DNA of 64,000 nt from positions 98,691 through 162,690 of the IMG/VR virus record IMGVR_UViG_3300025816_000006; one strand, 5' to 3'. The position numbers and the translations under genes are program-made. This DNA is from a virus. Shown one piece after another: positions 47,126 to 56,813 of this stretch; position 1 is the stretch's first letter, and each line of letters opens with the position of its first letter. The notes below the pieces were generated by a model. The model was given only the letters and a program-made list of their open reading frames with translations, was not told the DNA's origin and did no database searches.

Positions 47126-48196
47126 TTAGTAAGACCTATCTTCTCGGTATCGTGGGTCGGCAATTCTTGCAGTTCCTTCTTCATATCTCTTGAGAACTTC
47201 CTTATCTTCTTCCATTACTTTATTAGCAACCTTCATTTGATCTTCCTGTCCCATCAAACTTCTCAAAGGTTGAGCAAGTGCCTCGCCCAGTTCTTGAAAA
47301 GCAGCACAGGCACGAATCGCTGCGTCCTTGGACTTGAGTTCTATGTCCCAGTCGTATGCGTCACTGACAGGATGACCTGTAGGCATGTCTGCATGTTTGC
47401 GTGGATTCTTATGATCTGGCATAGACTCGCTGTAGTGGAACAGAGGTTTGATCTTACCCCAAGTCTTAACACATTCCTCCATAGGATAAAAATAATCTCC
47501 ATTAAAAGGAAGAAACTGTGAGGGATTACACTTGTCGTGTAGGTTATCGTAAGTAATTGGAATATCAAAATGTTCTAGCAAATTAGCAACAGTCCAACAA
47601 CCTTTGTCCTCGTTCTCAATCACTAGCCTGCTGGTTACGCTCTGATCGCACTTGTTTAGGTTGGACATGAAGCGAGCAGCAATATCGGCAAGGTCGCCCT
47701 TGGTGCAGTTGACATGAATATTCATAGGATTGTAGTAACTACGCTCACAACCCAGCATGTCCATGACCCAACCGTGATGGTTGAGTTCTGCAATAGTCTT
47801 GTCTACTGACGCTTGATTCTCGCTGGCAAGCACGTTGAACTGGTCTGGATGCGTAGACAAACGAACCTGCCATGTCTCGTTGTAATAAACGATGTCACGA
47901 AATTCCTCGATGATCTGCTCGTACTGAGGTACGTTATGTACGCCATACTCAAACTCTGGATGAGTCAGGCATGGAAACAATGCGCTTGATACACGGTATC
48001 CCCAGCCGTTGTCTGCACAGTGTTCTATGCAAAGACGAGTTACCTCCACGTTATTAAGCCAACGCTGGCCTAACTGATCTAGTGCGTACTCTGCACCATG
48101 CTCGTCACGCAGTTGGTTAAATCGCTTCCAAGTCATAGTCTGAAACTTGTAGCCTTGCTCTTTGAGTTCGTTGCTAATACAGCATAAGTTATACAT
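47126..48196 (-). CDS. uvsE: UV-damage endonuclease
   Basis: YRVSS, STHPDQF, NIHV, IENED, DNLH, FHYSE, KHAD, ELKSK. Confidence 0.9.
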   Translation of the reverse strand: MYNLCCISNELKEQGYKFQTMTWKRFNQLRDEHGAEYALDQLGQRWLNNVEVTRLCIEHCADNGWGYRVSSALFPCLTHPEFEYGVHNVPQYEQIIEEFRDIVYYNETWQVRLSTHPDQFNVLASENQASVDKTIAELNHHGWVMDMLGCERSYYNPMNIHVNCTKGDLADIAARFMSNLNKCDQSVTSRLVIENEDKGCWTVANLLEHFDIPITYDNLHDKCNPSQFLPFNGDYFYPMEECVKTWGKIKPLFHYSESMPDHKNPRKHADMPTGHPVSDAYDWDIELKSKDAAIRACAAFQELGEALAQPLRSLMGQEDQMKVANKVMEEDKEVLKRYEEGTARIADPRYREDRSY

Positions 48197-48283
48197 AGTT
48201 GATTCCTAAATGAGATAAACCCGATGACACACTATCATTATATAGTATGTATCGGGCATGTCAAGCATAAACTTTAAAAATAG

Positions 48284-48356
48284 TAGTGCGAATGGGAGTC
48301 GAACCCATACTGGATAGATTTTAAGTCTAGTGTCTCTGCCGTTGGACTACCGCACC
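48284..48356 (-). tRNA. tRNA-Leu(UAA) with short variable loop
   Basis: GGTGCGG.../CTAGA-CTTAAAA-TCTAT/TTCGACT; 73 nt. Confidence 0.85.
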
Positions 48357-48386
48357 AAAAAAAAGGGAGCAGGCGAACCCACTCCC
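48357..48386 (-). terminator. rho-independent terminator after rIIB
   Basis: GGGAGTGGG-TTCG-CCTGCTCCC-T8. Confidence 0.85.
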
Positions 48387-48407
48387 AACCACCAACCACA
48401 GTGGAGT

Positions 48408-49256
48408 TTACCAAGAATCGTTGATTACATCACCATCTTCTAGTTCGTCGAGGTAATCTTCCTCGTCACAGTAATCATCAACGACTGCTGTTTCAATAAT
48501 GTCTCTAGCGACATCTACTACCTCGTAGGTACGGCAGCGAAGTTTCTGGAAATCGCAATCCGTAGGGATGCTGACCACATCGCGTGGATCAATCTTAACC
48601 AAAACAACTTTACCGTCACTGCCTGCCCAACCGCTGGCATATTCAAAAGTACCAGCGTGAAGTCCAGAGCCGCAACCGTTGTTGCAGTTGTCGTCTACCT
48701 TGCGGCGTTTCATCGCTGGTGCATCGCCAACATTATTGCGATGCGAACAGCCAGTATATCGGTCAACCAAATCACCCTCTTTAAGAGTGTTACCATCCAA
48801 ATCATCTTGCTCTGGACCCGAATAAACTACTACACCCTTGTAGCCAAGGATGTAACCATCTGGCGTGATAGCAAGACCCTTATGCTGAATCCAATCGTAG
48901 AACTCAGTGACCGCACGATGACTGACGTTCTCGTACAGGTTTTCCAAGAACTTGAGCATGGGCTTATGATCCCATCCTTCTTTGAGCATCTGCACGATGC
49001 GACTGGTGATGACCTTGCGTACAGGTTCATCGTCATAGAACAGAAACCCGTCCACAAACCGGAAGTCGCCTTCCGACCAGTTCTCAATAGTATGACCAGT
49101 TTCCAGAAGTCTAATAAATTCTTCTGCGTCACCAGTCTTTACGCACTCTACCAGATTGATATATTCTGGATGAGTGGGATCGAAGATTACTGGCTTGTTT
49201 TCTACAGTAACGTGCCAGTGACCTTTTCCATCTTTGATGTGTGGAAGATGCGACAT
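48408..49256 (-). CDS. rIIB: rIIB-like protein
   Basis: FLENLYEN, ITPDG...YK, CGSGLH, VKIDPRDVVSIPTD, KLRCRTYEV. Confidence 0.88.
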   Translation of the reverse strand: MSHLPHIKDGKGHWHVTVENKPVIFDPTHPEYINLVECVKTGDAEEFIRLLETGHTIENWSEGDFRFVDGFLFYDDEPVRKVITSRIVQMLKEGWDHKPMLKFLENLYENVSHRAVTEFYDWIQHKGLAITPDGYILGYKGVVVYSGPEQDDLDGNTLKEGDLVDRYTGCSHRNNVGDAPAMKRRKVDDNCNNGCGSGLHAGTFEYASGWAGSDGKVVLVKIDPRDVVSIPTDCDFQKLRCRTYEVVDVARDIIETAVVDDYCDEEDYLDELEDGDVINDSW

Positions 49257-49322
49257 TCTAAATTCTCCTAAAAGTGATTGACCGAAAGTTATGTTTTAAT
49301 TATACTACTGTTATCGGATATG

Positions 49323-49520
49323 TCAATACATATCTTTAAGATTTTCTGTGGATTTTTCTACATCTTCGTAGTAGCGATCCATGTTGTCATCCACTCCTGC
49401 GTCCCATGCGTCATGGTCTAAAATATCTACAACATATGTTTCATCTGGACAGTAGACCGATTGAATGATTCCATCGTGAATCTCTACGACGATATGTTTA
49501 TCACTGTTTGTTTTACTCAC
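49323..49520 (-). CDS. hypothetical protein
   Basis: Coupled ORF. Confidence 0.5.
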   Translation of the reverse strand: MSKTNSDKHIVVEIHDGIIQSVYCPDETYVVDILDHDAWDAGVDDNMDRYYEDVEKSTENLKDMY

Positions 49521-49846
49521 TTGAATAACCCTTTCTTTTTCTTCTCTACATATCTTCCTAAAGTTCTATCCTGTATCGTCTTGTTGGTGGGATTGTAGTG
49601 TAGAAAATAACTACGCTCTGCAATCCTATTTGTCCAACAAAACTCACCTTCGCCTTCTACTTCATACTTCTCAAAAACATCAAGACGATGACGCTCGTAG
49701 TCTCCTTGGGTCCAGAGGTGAGCATCACGAATCTTTACGATATTTACTCCATCTGTGTTTACATTATTCTCTACCCATAACATTAACTCGTCCCTTGGAA
49801 TAATCTTCTTGTCTTTACGCATTGGTACTGGTGACGGTAAACCCAT
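49517..49846 (-). CDS. hypothetical protein
   Basis: ORF with RBS. Confidence 0.5.
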   Translation of the reverse strand: MGLPSPVPMRKDKKIIPRDELMLWVENNVNTDGVNIVKIRDAHLWTQGDYERHRLDVFEKYEVEGEGEFCWTNRIAERSYFLHYNPTNKTIQDRTLGRYVEKKKKGLFK

Positions 49847-51788
49847 TTACTTTCTCCTTAATGTGGTTGATTAAAATGTCTAACTGACTGTCGCTGGCGT
49901 GAGAACCATTCCAGTGTAGCAATTCTACAACAGGATACTCAGCAACAAACTTGTCTGCAATCTGCTGCAACTTATCTTCTGACTTGATCTTGTGACCAAG
50001 ACCCAAGACGTTGTAAGCAAACTTGTCAGAGTGTTCTGCTTTTGCCAACTCTACAGTGTCATTATACTCCTTGACAATCTCGTTGTCAAACCTGTTTCCA
50101 AGTTTTCTGAATAATTCTTGATACGGATTTTCACTATTTCTATTTTTCTCGATTACCTCGATGTCTAGCATACTTACTGACTCTCGCTGGATGTACTCGC
50201 CAAGACTAATCCAGTTGCCCTGCTTGAACGCTTTGGTTTTCAGGAAAGCAGTCTTGAGTCCGTAGATAGAATTGATAGCAACACTAAGATGCTCAAGACT
50301 ATCCATGATATTCTTAAATTGATCCATGCCGTAACTTTGCGATTCATACCTGTTGATCTCAACATACACTCGCTCACTACCATCGTTGTCAATCTCAACG
50401 TCATCCCAGCACTCATTTGCCTTGACTCTCCATCCAGTAGTCTTGCCGTTCCACTCAGCAACCTTTGATCTTGTAGGAGTTGATCCTCCGTAGCTATTGC
50501 TACTTTTCGGCACAACTTCTTCCAAATCTTCAATTAAATCGGCAGGAATACCAAACAAATCAATTTGCTCCTGCTTGAGCAGCACAATTTGTAAACCTCT
50601 CTTGTTGCGCATCCATTCCATGATACGAGTTTTCATGCGGTCTTTGTGCAGGAAGTACCTAATATCCCAATCGTTACTGTTTACAAGTGGCAACCTAGTA
50701 AGACTCTCGATGTCTGGTGAATCTCTGTGCCAAGTGCCTCGCTTGTACGCAGCAATACGTTCTTCGCCCTCTTTGACGGATGGTAGGCTGAACTTATCAA
50801 AGTCTAAGCTAGAACTTCTTAAAACGCTACGCATAGAACCTGAGTAAACTTCTTCTTTCTTCTTTGCTCTTGCGAAAGCACATTGCTCTGCTTCTAGTTT
50901 ATCGTAAACAACCTGTGAAAGACTATCCTGAACCTGCTGGATGCGAGACTTGAGCAATTTCTTGGTGCTGTCGTCCATCGACAATTCTTCTCGACCAGCA
51001 TTGAAAGACAGATCGCCAATGTTGAAGTTAATAAATCCAGACAGATCGCTTTTGTAATCGCTTGGAATCTTGTACGCGACATTACCCATACGAGCATACA
51101 GACTACCATAACCAGTATTGAACGAACCCTCATCGCAAACAAATTTGTAATATCCTTTGGATTTGAGAATATACTTTACTACTTCTTTGTCATTGATATT
51201 TGGCAATACATCAAAATATTTGAATACATTTACTGCTTCGTCCTCAAAGTCATCTTGCCTACCTTCTACTGACATGCTGACCTCCAAACCGTTTGGTTCG
51301 TCAGTATCGCTGGATGCAAGCGTGGCGATTTGTGGTTCACCATACTCGTCCTTGTAGCAGCAGTAGTCGGTCTTGACTCCGTTGTAATAACTTACAACAG
51401 TAAAACTGTCAACAAGAGAGAACGCTGACTTGCTGCCTAAACCCAACGCTCCCACAAAATCATTACTATTAGTTTTAGTAGAATGAAAGTAAGTAGTGAA
51501 TATTTCACGAACCTGCTGGTCCGAGAGTCCAGTCCCATAATCACGAACTGAGAAGTAAGGCTCAAGCAGAGTAGGAAGGTGAACATCCCAAGGTTCCCCG
51601 TTACCAGCAGCAACATGAGCATCATACGCATTGCAGTTGTATTCGCGAATGACGGCACGAACCTTGTTAGTGTAAATGTTACTGGACAGAATCTCAAATG
51701 CCTTGGCACTTGCCTGAATCTTGAAACCAGATGTTTTGAAGTCATTTGAAACGCTAACATCACGCTTATCATTTGAAAGAATCGCCAT
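49815..51788 (-). CDS. rIIA: rIIA-like GHKL ATPase
   Basis: ILSSNIYTNKVRAVIREYNCNAYDAH, VRDYGTGL, GALGLGSKS. Confidence 0.9.
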   Translation of the reverse strand: MAILSNDKRDVSVSNDFKTSGFKIQASAKAFEILSSNIYTNKVRAVIREYNCNAYDAHVAAGNGEPWDVHLPTLLEPYFSVRDYGTGLSDQQVREIFTTYFHSTKTNSNDFVGALGLGSKSAFSLVDSFTVVSYYNGVKTDYCCYKDEYGEPQIATLASSDTDEPNGLEVSMSVEGRQDDFEDEAVNVFKYFDVLPNINDKEVVKYILKSKGYYKFVCDEGSFNTGYGSLYARMGNVAYKIPSDYKSDLSGFINFNIGDLSFNAGREELSMDDSTKKLLKSRIQQVQDSLSQVVYDKLEAEQCAFARAKKKEEVYSGSMRSVLRSSSLDFDKFSLPSVKEGEERIAAYKRGTWHRDSPDIESLTRLPLVNSNDWDIRYFLHKDRMKTRIMEWMRNKRGLQIVLLKQEQIDLFGIPADLIEDLEEVVPKSSNSYGGSTPTRSKVAEWNGKTTGWRVKANECWDDVEIDNDGSERVYVEINRYESQSYGMDQFKNIMDSLEHLSVAINSIYGLKTAFLKTKAFKQGNWISLGEYIQRESVSMLDIEVIEKNRNSENPYQELFRKLGNRFDNEIVKEYNDTVELAKAEHSDKFAYNVLGLGHKIKSEDKLQQIADKFVAEYPVVELLHWNGSHASDSQLDILINHIKEKVNGFTVTSTNA

Positions 51789-51847
51789 AGTTAAATCTCC
51801 TAGTAAGTGGTTGGTATGTCTCTATTATACAGTGGTTATCGTCACTG

Positions 51848-52228
51848 TCAAGTGGTTTCTTTAGAAATTTCTAAATATCTTTCAATATCTTTTACAACAT
51901 CCTCATACAAATGACCATCCATATGAACGACACTACCTGCCGACACACAATCCTTGCTTTCTAGTAATTCTTTCAAGATATAGTTGATATTTCGTTGTGC
52001 TTCTTTTTTACGCATCGCCTCGCTCTTTCCCTTCCTAAAGACGGATTCTTCCATTATGGTAAACGACTGGTCGCAAGAGCGTCCAAGGATAAACCAAGTC
52101 TTTCCCTCTGCCGAAAAAGTATCACCTTCCGCAAGGTGGTCCCTCTGACTGCCCAAGTTCCAAAGGTCACTATGCAAGTCGTAGTAAAAAACTGTGTCGT
52201 CATATAGGTCGCGTTGTAATCCACTCAT
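51848..52228 (-). CDS. hypothetical protein
   Basis: Coupled ORF. Confidence 0.5.
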   Translation of the reverse strand: MSGLQRDLYDDTVFYYDLHSDLWNLGSQRDHLAEGDTFSAEGKTWFILGRSCDQSFTIMEESVFRKGKSEAMRKKEAQRNINYILKELLESKDCVSAGSVVHMDGHLYEDVVKDIERYLEISKETT

Positions 52229-52551
52229 CGTAATTCTCCTTCAAGTCGATCTATCAATTCGCGCATTTCCATGTTTTCTTCTGTATCTTCTTCTTCTTCC
52301 TGTGGGCAAGAGAAATGCTCCTTAATCATATGGAGCAACTGCAAAGATTTACTGACCTCTGCTAGTGCCTCATGTGCCTCTTGGTAGGAGAAAACTCTGG
52401 GGGCATCGGCTGAACCCAGATTATCGTAATATTCATCTACAGTCTGGCAAGGTCGGGCGTCTATACCAAAAAGCACCTCAAAAACCTCTTTTTCAAATTC
52501 ATCCCGTTCTTCTTGCATACAAGCAAATTCTTCATCGTCGGTCATCTTCAA
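52225..52551 (-). CDS. acidic hypothetical protein
   Basis: RBS and upstream promoter. Confidence 0.55.
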   Translation of the reverse strand: MKMTDDEEFACMQEERDEFEKEVFEVLFGIDARPCQTVDEYYDNLGSADAPRVFSYQEAHEALAEVSKSLQLLHMIKEHFSCPQEEEEDTEENMEMRELIDRLEGELR

Positions 52552-52675
52552 TCTCCTGTGGTTGGTAAATAAATAAGAGGTGGGAATCCAACTTCATCGG
52601 GTTATGGTTTGGACGACACCCTGATCGCGCCTCACCCACACTCTCATTCTAATATAGTTATCGGAACTGTCAATA

Positions 52676-53464
52676 CTAATCTTCAATTAAATATGGGAAT
52701 AATGTTGGCATAAAGTCTTGTAAAACACTATCTGGTACTTCGCTTTTTAATAGTTTACCGTTAGCTTTACTTGTGCCAATATATTCTTTTTTTATTCTAT
52801 CAACTAAAGTTGGTTTTAAAAGTTTACCAGTAATTTCGCATTGTTCAACATCTAAATTCTGACTCTTAATAATTGTAAGGATCACTTCTGCAAATTGTTG
52901 TTCTTTGACCTTTTTAAAAGAATTTATGGTATGGTGCTTTTTTTGACTTCTGAAAAAAGCTAAAATCTCATCCAATTTCCCGCAATCTTCTGCCGTTCTT
53001 AACATAGTAATACAACCAAGTTTAATGTCTTGTGTTGCAGATTCCATCAATGAAAATCCACCATGATGAACCTTTCCTACAATCGACATCGCTGTTCGAT
53101 CTCCATGACAGAACTCAGCCATTATTAAAGCATTGTTATTTAATCCAGATCGCTCTTTATTAAGCTGTACAAATAGTTTTGCTTCTTCTTGAACCGGATC
53201 GGGGACTGATGTGAAGTCATACAGCGCTATTCTTACGAGCTTGTTTTTCATTTGTGCTGCGCTTTTCCTGTGCTGACCTTCAAATACCGATTTGGTTCCG
53301 TCTGCTCTGTGTGATACCTGTAAGACACCAGCCATAACATCGTTAAAATTTTTAGCTATTTTTCTAACTTTAGCTTTTGACACTTTTCTTTGGTAGCTTG
53401 TATCTACAGTTAAAGTATTTGGATCAACCCCGTCAATCAACTTGCACTTCAAATTATTTAACAC
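52676..53464 (-). CDS. ParB/Srx-like domain protein
   Basis: LTVDTSYQR, VFEGQHR, EAKLFVQLN. Confidence 0.7.
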   Translation of the reverse strand: MLNNLKCKLIDGVDPNTLTVDTSYQRKVSKAKVRKIAKNFNDVMAGVLQVSHRADGTKSVFEGQHRKSAAQMKNKLVRIALYDFTSVPDPVQEEAKLFVQLNKERSGLNNNALIMAEFCHGDRTAMSIVGKVHHGGFSLMESATQDIKLGCITMLRTAEDCGKLDEILAFFRSQKKHHTINSFKKVKEQQFAEVILTIIKSQNLDVEQCEITGKLLKPTLVDRIKKEYIGTSKANGKLLKSEVPDSVLQDFMPTLFPYLIED

Positions 53465-53698
53465 TTCAAAATTCTCCTGTGGTTAGTAATAAGTAACACT
53501 CTTATTATAATACTGTTATCGGAACTGTCAAGTAATTACTTTACCAATTTCTTAAAATATTCCACATGATTAAGATGTTACAGATTATTGCCTGTAAAAC
53601 TATAATGGTTCTAATCAAAGCGATTGTATCCGCTTCTTTGTTATCACCGATCTTTTCGCCAAGGGCTTTTGCCCATAATTTCCAAAACTTTTTCATAG

Positions 53699-53772
<74 letters not shown>

Positions 53773-53776
53773 GTAA

Positions 53777-53979
53777 AGGGCGCAAACAGTACAAACGTAA
53801 ACACTGGTCTGCTGACAGACAAACCTTTCCTGATTCCCGCTTCCAAGCGATACAGCGAACCCAAGACTCAGGGAGGATCACTTACAGCCTCCCGTCTTAT
53901 CTCAGTAATGACTAGCCCTGTCAAGCCGGTCATCGTTATTACGCAAAGTTACGTTCAATTACTCCTGTTTACAAACCCT
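53777..53979 (-). ncRNA. unidentified structured RNA (about 200 nt) between two tRNAs
   Basis: Long closing helix plus four internal hairpins. Confidence 0.6.
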
Positions 53980-53982
53980 AAG

Positions 53983-54056
53983 TAGACTCGGAGTGACTTG
54001 AACACTCGACCTGCCGATTATGAGTCGGATGCTCTAACCAACTGAGCTACGAGTCC
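53983..54056 (-). tRNA. tRNA with CAU anticodon, probably Ile2
   Basis: CCGA-CTCATAA-TCGG anticodon arm resembling Ile2; elongator Met not excluded. Confidence 0.85.
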
Positions 54057-54061
54057 GTAAG

Positions 54062-54132
54062 TAGTGCAGGTAGGAGTTGAACCTACGGAGGCGAGTATAT
54101 AAGACTCGCGTGGATAACCGATCCTCCGCACC
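54062..54132 (-). tRNA. atypical tRNA-Ile(UAU)
   Basis: 71 nt, reduced D-arm, 6-bp stem GCGAGT-CTTATAT-ACTCGC, normal T-arm. Confidence 0.75.
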
Positions 54133-54187
54133 ATGTTGTCCCTATTATAACATCGGGACTTCGTATGTCAAACTTTAATCAAAAAGT

Positions 54188-54391
54188 TTAGCAGCATCGT
54201 CGAACACGATTTAGCAATCGTTGAAGTGGTCGCATTGCACGAACACGGCAGACTGTCGATCTTACAGGTTGAGCAGAGACAACTCTCGAAACAACCGTTC
54301 GCACTGGCGTACATCCACTGGTACACTCGCCAGCATCAGCAGAACCAGCCATCAAAGCACAACTCAAAACCGCAGCAGCAACAAATTTCAT
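54188..54391 (-). CDS. small secreted Cys/Arg-rich peptide
   Basis: Signal peptide ending ADA, repeated PVR motifs, own promoter. Confidence 0.7.
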   Translation of the reverse strand: MKFVAAAVLSCALMAGSADAGECTSGCTPVRTVVSRVVSAQPVRSTVCRVRAMRPLQRLLNRVRRCC

Positions 54392-54488
54392 CCTAAAATC
54401 CTTTTCTAAAGAGTAACTTCAAACAACACATATATAATAGCACTGAACAGCGCGATGTCAACAGCAAAAAACAACATTTCTGTTATTT

Positions 54489-54677
54489 TCATGGATGCAC
54501 CCCCAACTCTGTGTCAAGGGTAGACAACATTTGTTCAATGTTAAAACTTTCTTCCTCTACAGAGGTAACATCGTCACAATACGCCGACAACTGAATCAAA
54601 GTATTCCACAAAAGAAACTTTAGTTCGTCAGTATTTGGTTCAATGTCACCTTTAATTAGTTTATCTGCAATATTCAT
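54489..54677 (-). CDS. hypothetical protein
   Basis: Own promoter and RBS. Confidence 0.55.
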   Translation of the reverse strand: MNIADKLIKGDIEPNTDELKFLLWNTLIQLSAYCDDVTSVEEESFNIEQMLSTLDTELGVHP

Positions 54678-54865
54678 TTTAAATCCTTTGGTAAGTGGTT
54701 CGTATGTTCCTATTCTACATCAAGTATCGTCATTGTCAAGAGGGTTCTTCATCTTTTTTACTATTTTTCAACCATTCTTTCACTAGGTCTTTATAAAGAC
54801 AATGTGCAGAAAATGATGACCAAAAACCTATCTCCAATCTTGTTTTTTTGGGTGCGACAACGGTA

Positions 54866-55066
54866 TCAGACTTTTTCATTGGTAAAATCCTCTGGTTCCA
54901 TGTCTAGTGACTCTAGTTGAGCGTGGAATACCTCATCGTCCTCTAGCATAATAGAGTAAATGTCATCATATACAAATTGTTTAAGTTCTGGTAAGGTCAT
55001 GCCATCAACAACAAACTCTGTCAAATTCTTAATCATCTCATGTGTAGGTACTGTAGTATTATCCAT
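54866..55066 (-). CDS. acidic hypothetical protein
   Basis: Coupled ORF; similar VVDGM/VIDSW motif to its neighbour. Confidence 0.55.
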   Translation of the reverse strand: MDNTTVPTHEMIKNLTEFVVDGMTLPELKQFVYDDIYSIMLEDDEVFHAQLESLDMEPEDFTNEKV

Positions 55067-55259
55067 TATCTAATTCCTCAAGAGTATAATCTTCTGCATC
55101 CTCAACGGCACGATCAATGTCGTACTGATAGTCTTGAAACAATGCCAGTTGAGCATAGTCTAGTAGGCACTCCATATCCCAACTATCTATTACCAGTTTA
55201 GCAAGGTTTTCGAGTCTGTCAACATTTAAATCTGTATCTTTAATTTTTTCTTGGTTCAT
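55059..55259 (-). CDS. acidic hypothetical protein
   Basis: Start MNQEK after GGAG. Confidence 0.55.
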   Translation of the reverse strand: MNQEKIKDTDLNVDRLENLAKLVIDSWDMECLLDYAQLALFQDYQYDIDRAVEDAEDYTLEELDNG

Positions 55260-55749
55260 CTTCAATCTCCACTATTGTTCCCATAATAACAAGTGTCATC
55301 AAAAAACCTATCGCAGTCATCAAAATTATATTACTCATCTTCAATCTCCTTAATAGCCAGCTTCGCCTTTTCTAAGATTTCCGACAATGACCAATTTAAC
55401 TCACAAATATCGTCAGAATCATCTTGAGCTAAACCGGCGATGTCTTTCAATAATTCCTTTACTTTACTCATCTTCAAGTTCTCCTACAACATTTGCTAAA
55501 ATCATAGCGATATGGTTTGGAATTGGTGCTTCAACGATCATTACGTTTAGATCACTGATAACGTCCTCAACAGTTTTGTATTCTCCACTACTCATCGTCA
55601 ATCTCCACCATTGTCCAATCCCAGCAGTCAAAAATATCAAGTATCGCCACTGCTTCTTTCTCCGCTTCCCTCTCTGTTCTATTTTCTATTACGAAAGTTT
55701 CAAGCACTTCGTTATCTTTATCGTAAGTAGTTACTCGCCAGTTACTCAT
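55240..55749 (-). CDS. chain of four microgenes (53, 43, 46 and 32 aa) not in ORF track
   Basis: 55749-55588, 55595-55464, 55471-55331, 55338-55240; each has a GGAG RBS and overlapping junction. Confidence 0.65.
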
Positions 55750-55760
55750 CGTCATTCTCC

Positions 55761-56147
55761 TTATGTGTACATTTTACTATATTCAACAGAAAAGTCAACT
55801 GCTAAATTGTAAACACTTTCAAAAAATGACGCACGATTGAAAGCATCGTAAGCATCCGTAGGAGAATCACCCCAAGACATACCACCAGTGACGTTGAGTT
55901 CGTACCTCTCGCCCTTGTCATTGTAGGTGGTTATTGTGGTAGTCTCGCGACTAACAGTAGAACAAGAACTCTCAATATCTTCTAGTAGTTGTTCTAAACT
56001 ATAATCTTCGTCATCAAGACCGTACCACTCTTGAAACTCATCGGTTTCGCTGGCTGGAAGATTGATAATCAACTCGCGGAAACGCTCGCGGCGATCATCT
56101 GTCATGTCGAAGTAAGGAAAAGTCGCCAAAGTAAAGTCAGCACCCAT
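55761..56147 (-). CDS. hypothetical protein
   Basis: MGADF start after GGAG; TGGMSWGDSPT motif. Confidence 0.6.
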   Translation of the reverse strand: MGADFTLATFPYFDMTDDRRERFRELIINLPASETDEFQEWYGLDDEDYSLEQLLEDIESSCSTVSRETTTITTYNDKGERYELNVTGGMSWGDSPTDAYDAFNRASFFESVYNLAVDFSVEYSKMYT

Positions 56148-56288
56148 CGAAAATTCTCCAGTTTTTTGTGAAAATGTGTATAATATAGTGACGATTCGCG
56201 CCGTCACAACGATATATAATATAACTCCACTTTCTGAACCTGTCAAGGTTGTGCGAACAGATTGTGGGGTTTTTTTTATGGATTAACT

Positions 56289-56813
56289 ATGAATACTAAA
56301 ACCTGTACGAAATGTATAATTGAAAAACCAGCAACAACTGAATTTTTTGGTAAAATGCGGAGGGGGAAGTATGGGTTAGACTCAATGTGTAAATCCTGTA
56401 AATGTAAAGCTATGCGAATATACAAACAAAAACCAGAGGTGAAAAGTCGAAGAAACGAAATTGCTAAAGAAAGACGAAAAAATGATACACGTTTTAAAAT
56501 CTTGGGAAATTTAAGGACTCGCTTATACAATGCCATTAAAGGTAACGTAAAATCCGAACCAACTCTTAAACTTCTAGGTTGTACGGTTGAATATCTTGTG
56601 TCTCACCTAGAAAACCAGTTTGCAGAGGGGATGAATTGGGATAATTACGGTGAATGGCACGTTGACCACATTACGCCCTGCGCGTCATTTGATCTGTCAG
56701 ACCCCGAACAACAGAAGCGATGTTTTCACTACAGTAATCTTCAACCGCTTTGGGCGGAAGAAAACCTTTTAAAAAGCGACTCAATCACCTATCTGTCCAA
56801 ACACTGTCACTAA
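56289..56813 (+). CDS. HNH endonuclease with N-terminal zinc finger, inverted orientation
   Basis: CTKC...CKSC; WHVDHITPCASFDL...FHYSNLQPLWAEENLLKS. Confidence 0.85.
   Translation: MNTKTCTKCIIEKPATTEFFGKMRRGKYGLDSMCKSCKCKAMRIYKQKPEVKSRRNEIAKERRKNDTRFKILGNLRTRLYNAIKGNVKSEPTLKLLGCTVEYLVSHLENQFAEGMNWDNYGEWHVDHITPCASFDLSDPEQQKRCFHYSNLQPLWAEENLLKSDSITYLSKHCH

Noticed and set aside
48657-49271. 204-aa plus-strand ORF and the other plus-strand ORFs in the track
   Set aside because: Shadows of well-supported minus-strand genes; only the HNH at 56289 has recognisable motifs
55387-55812. 141-aa plus-strand ORF
   Set aside because: Better explained by the minus-strand microgene chain with clear RBS junctions
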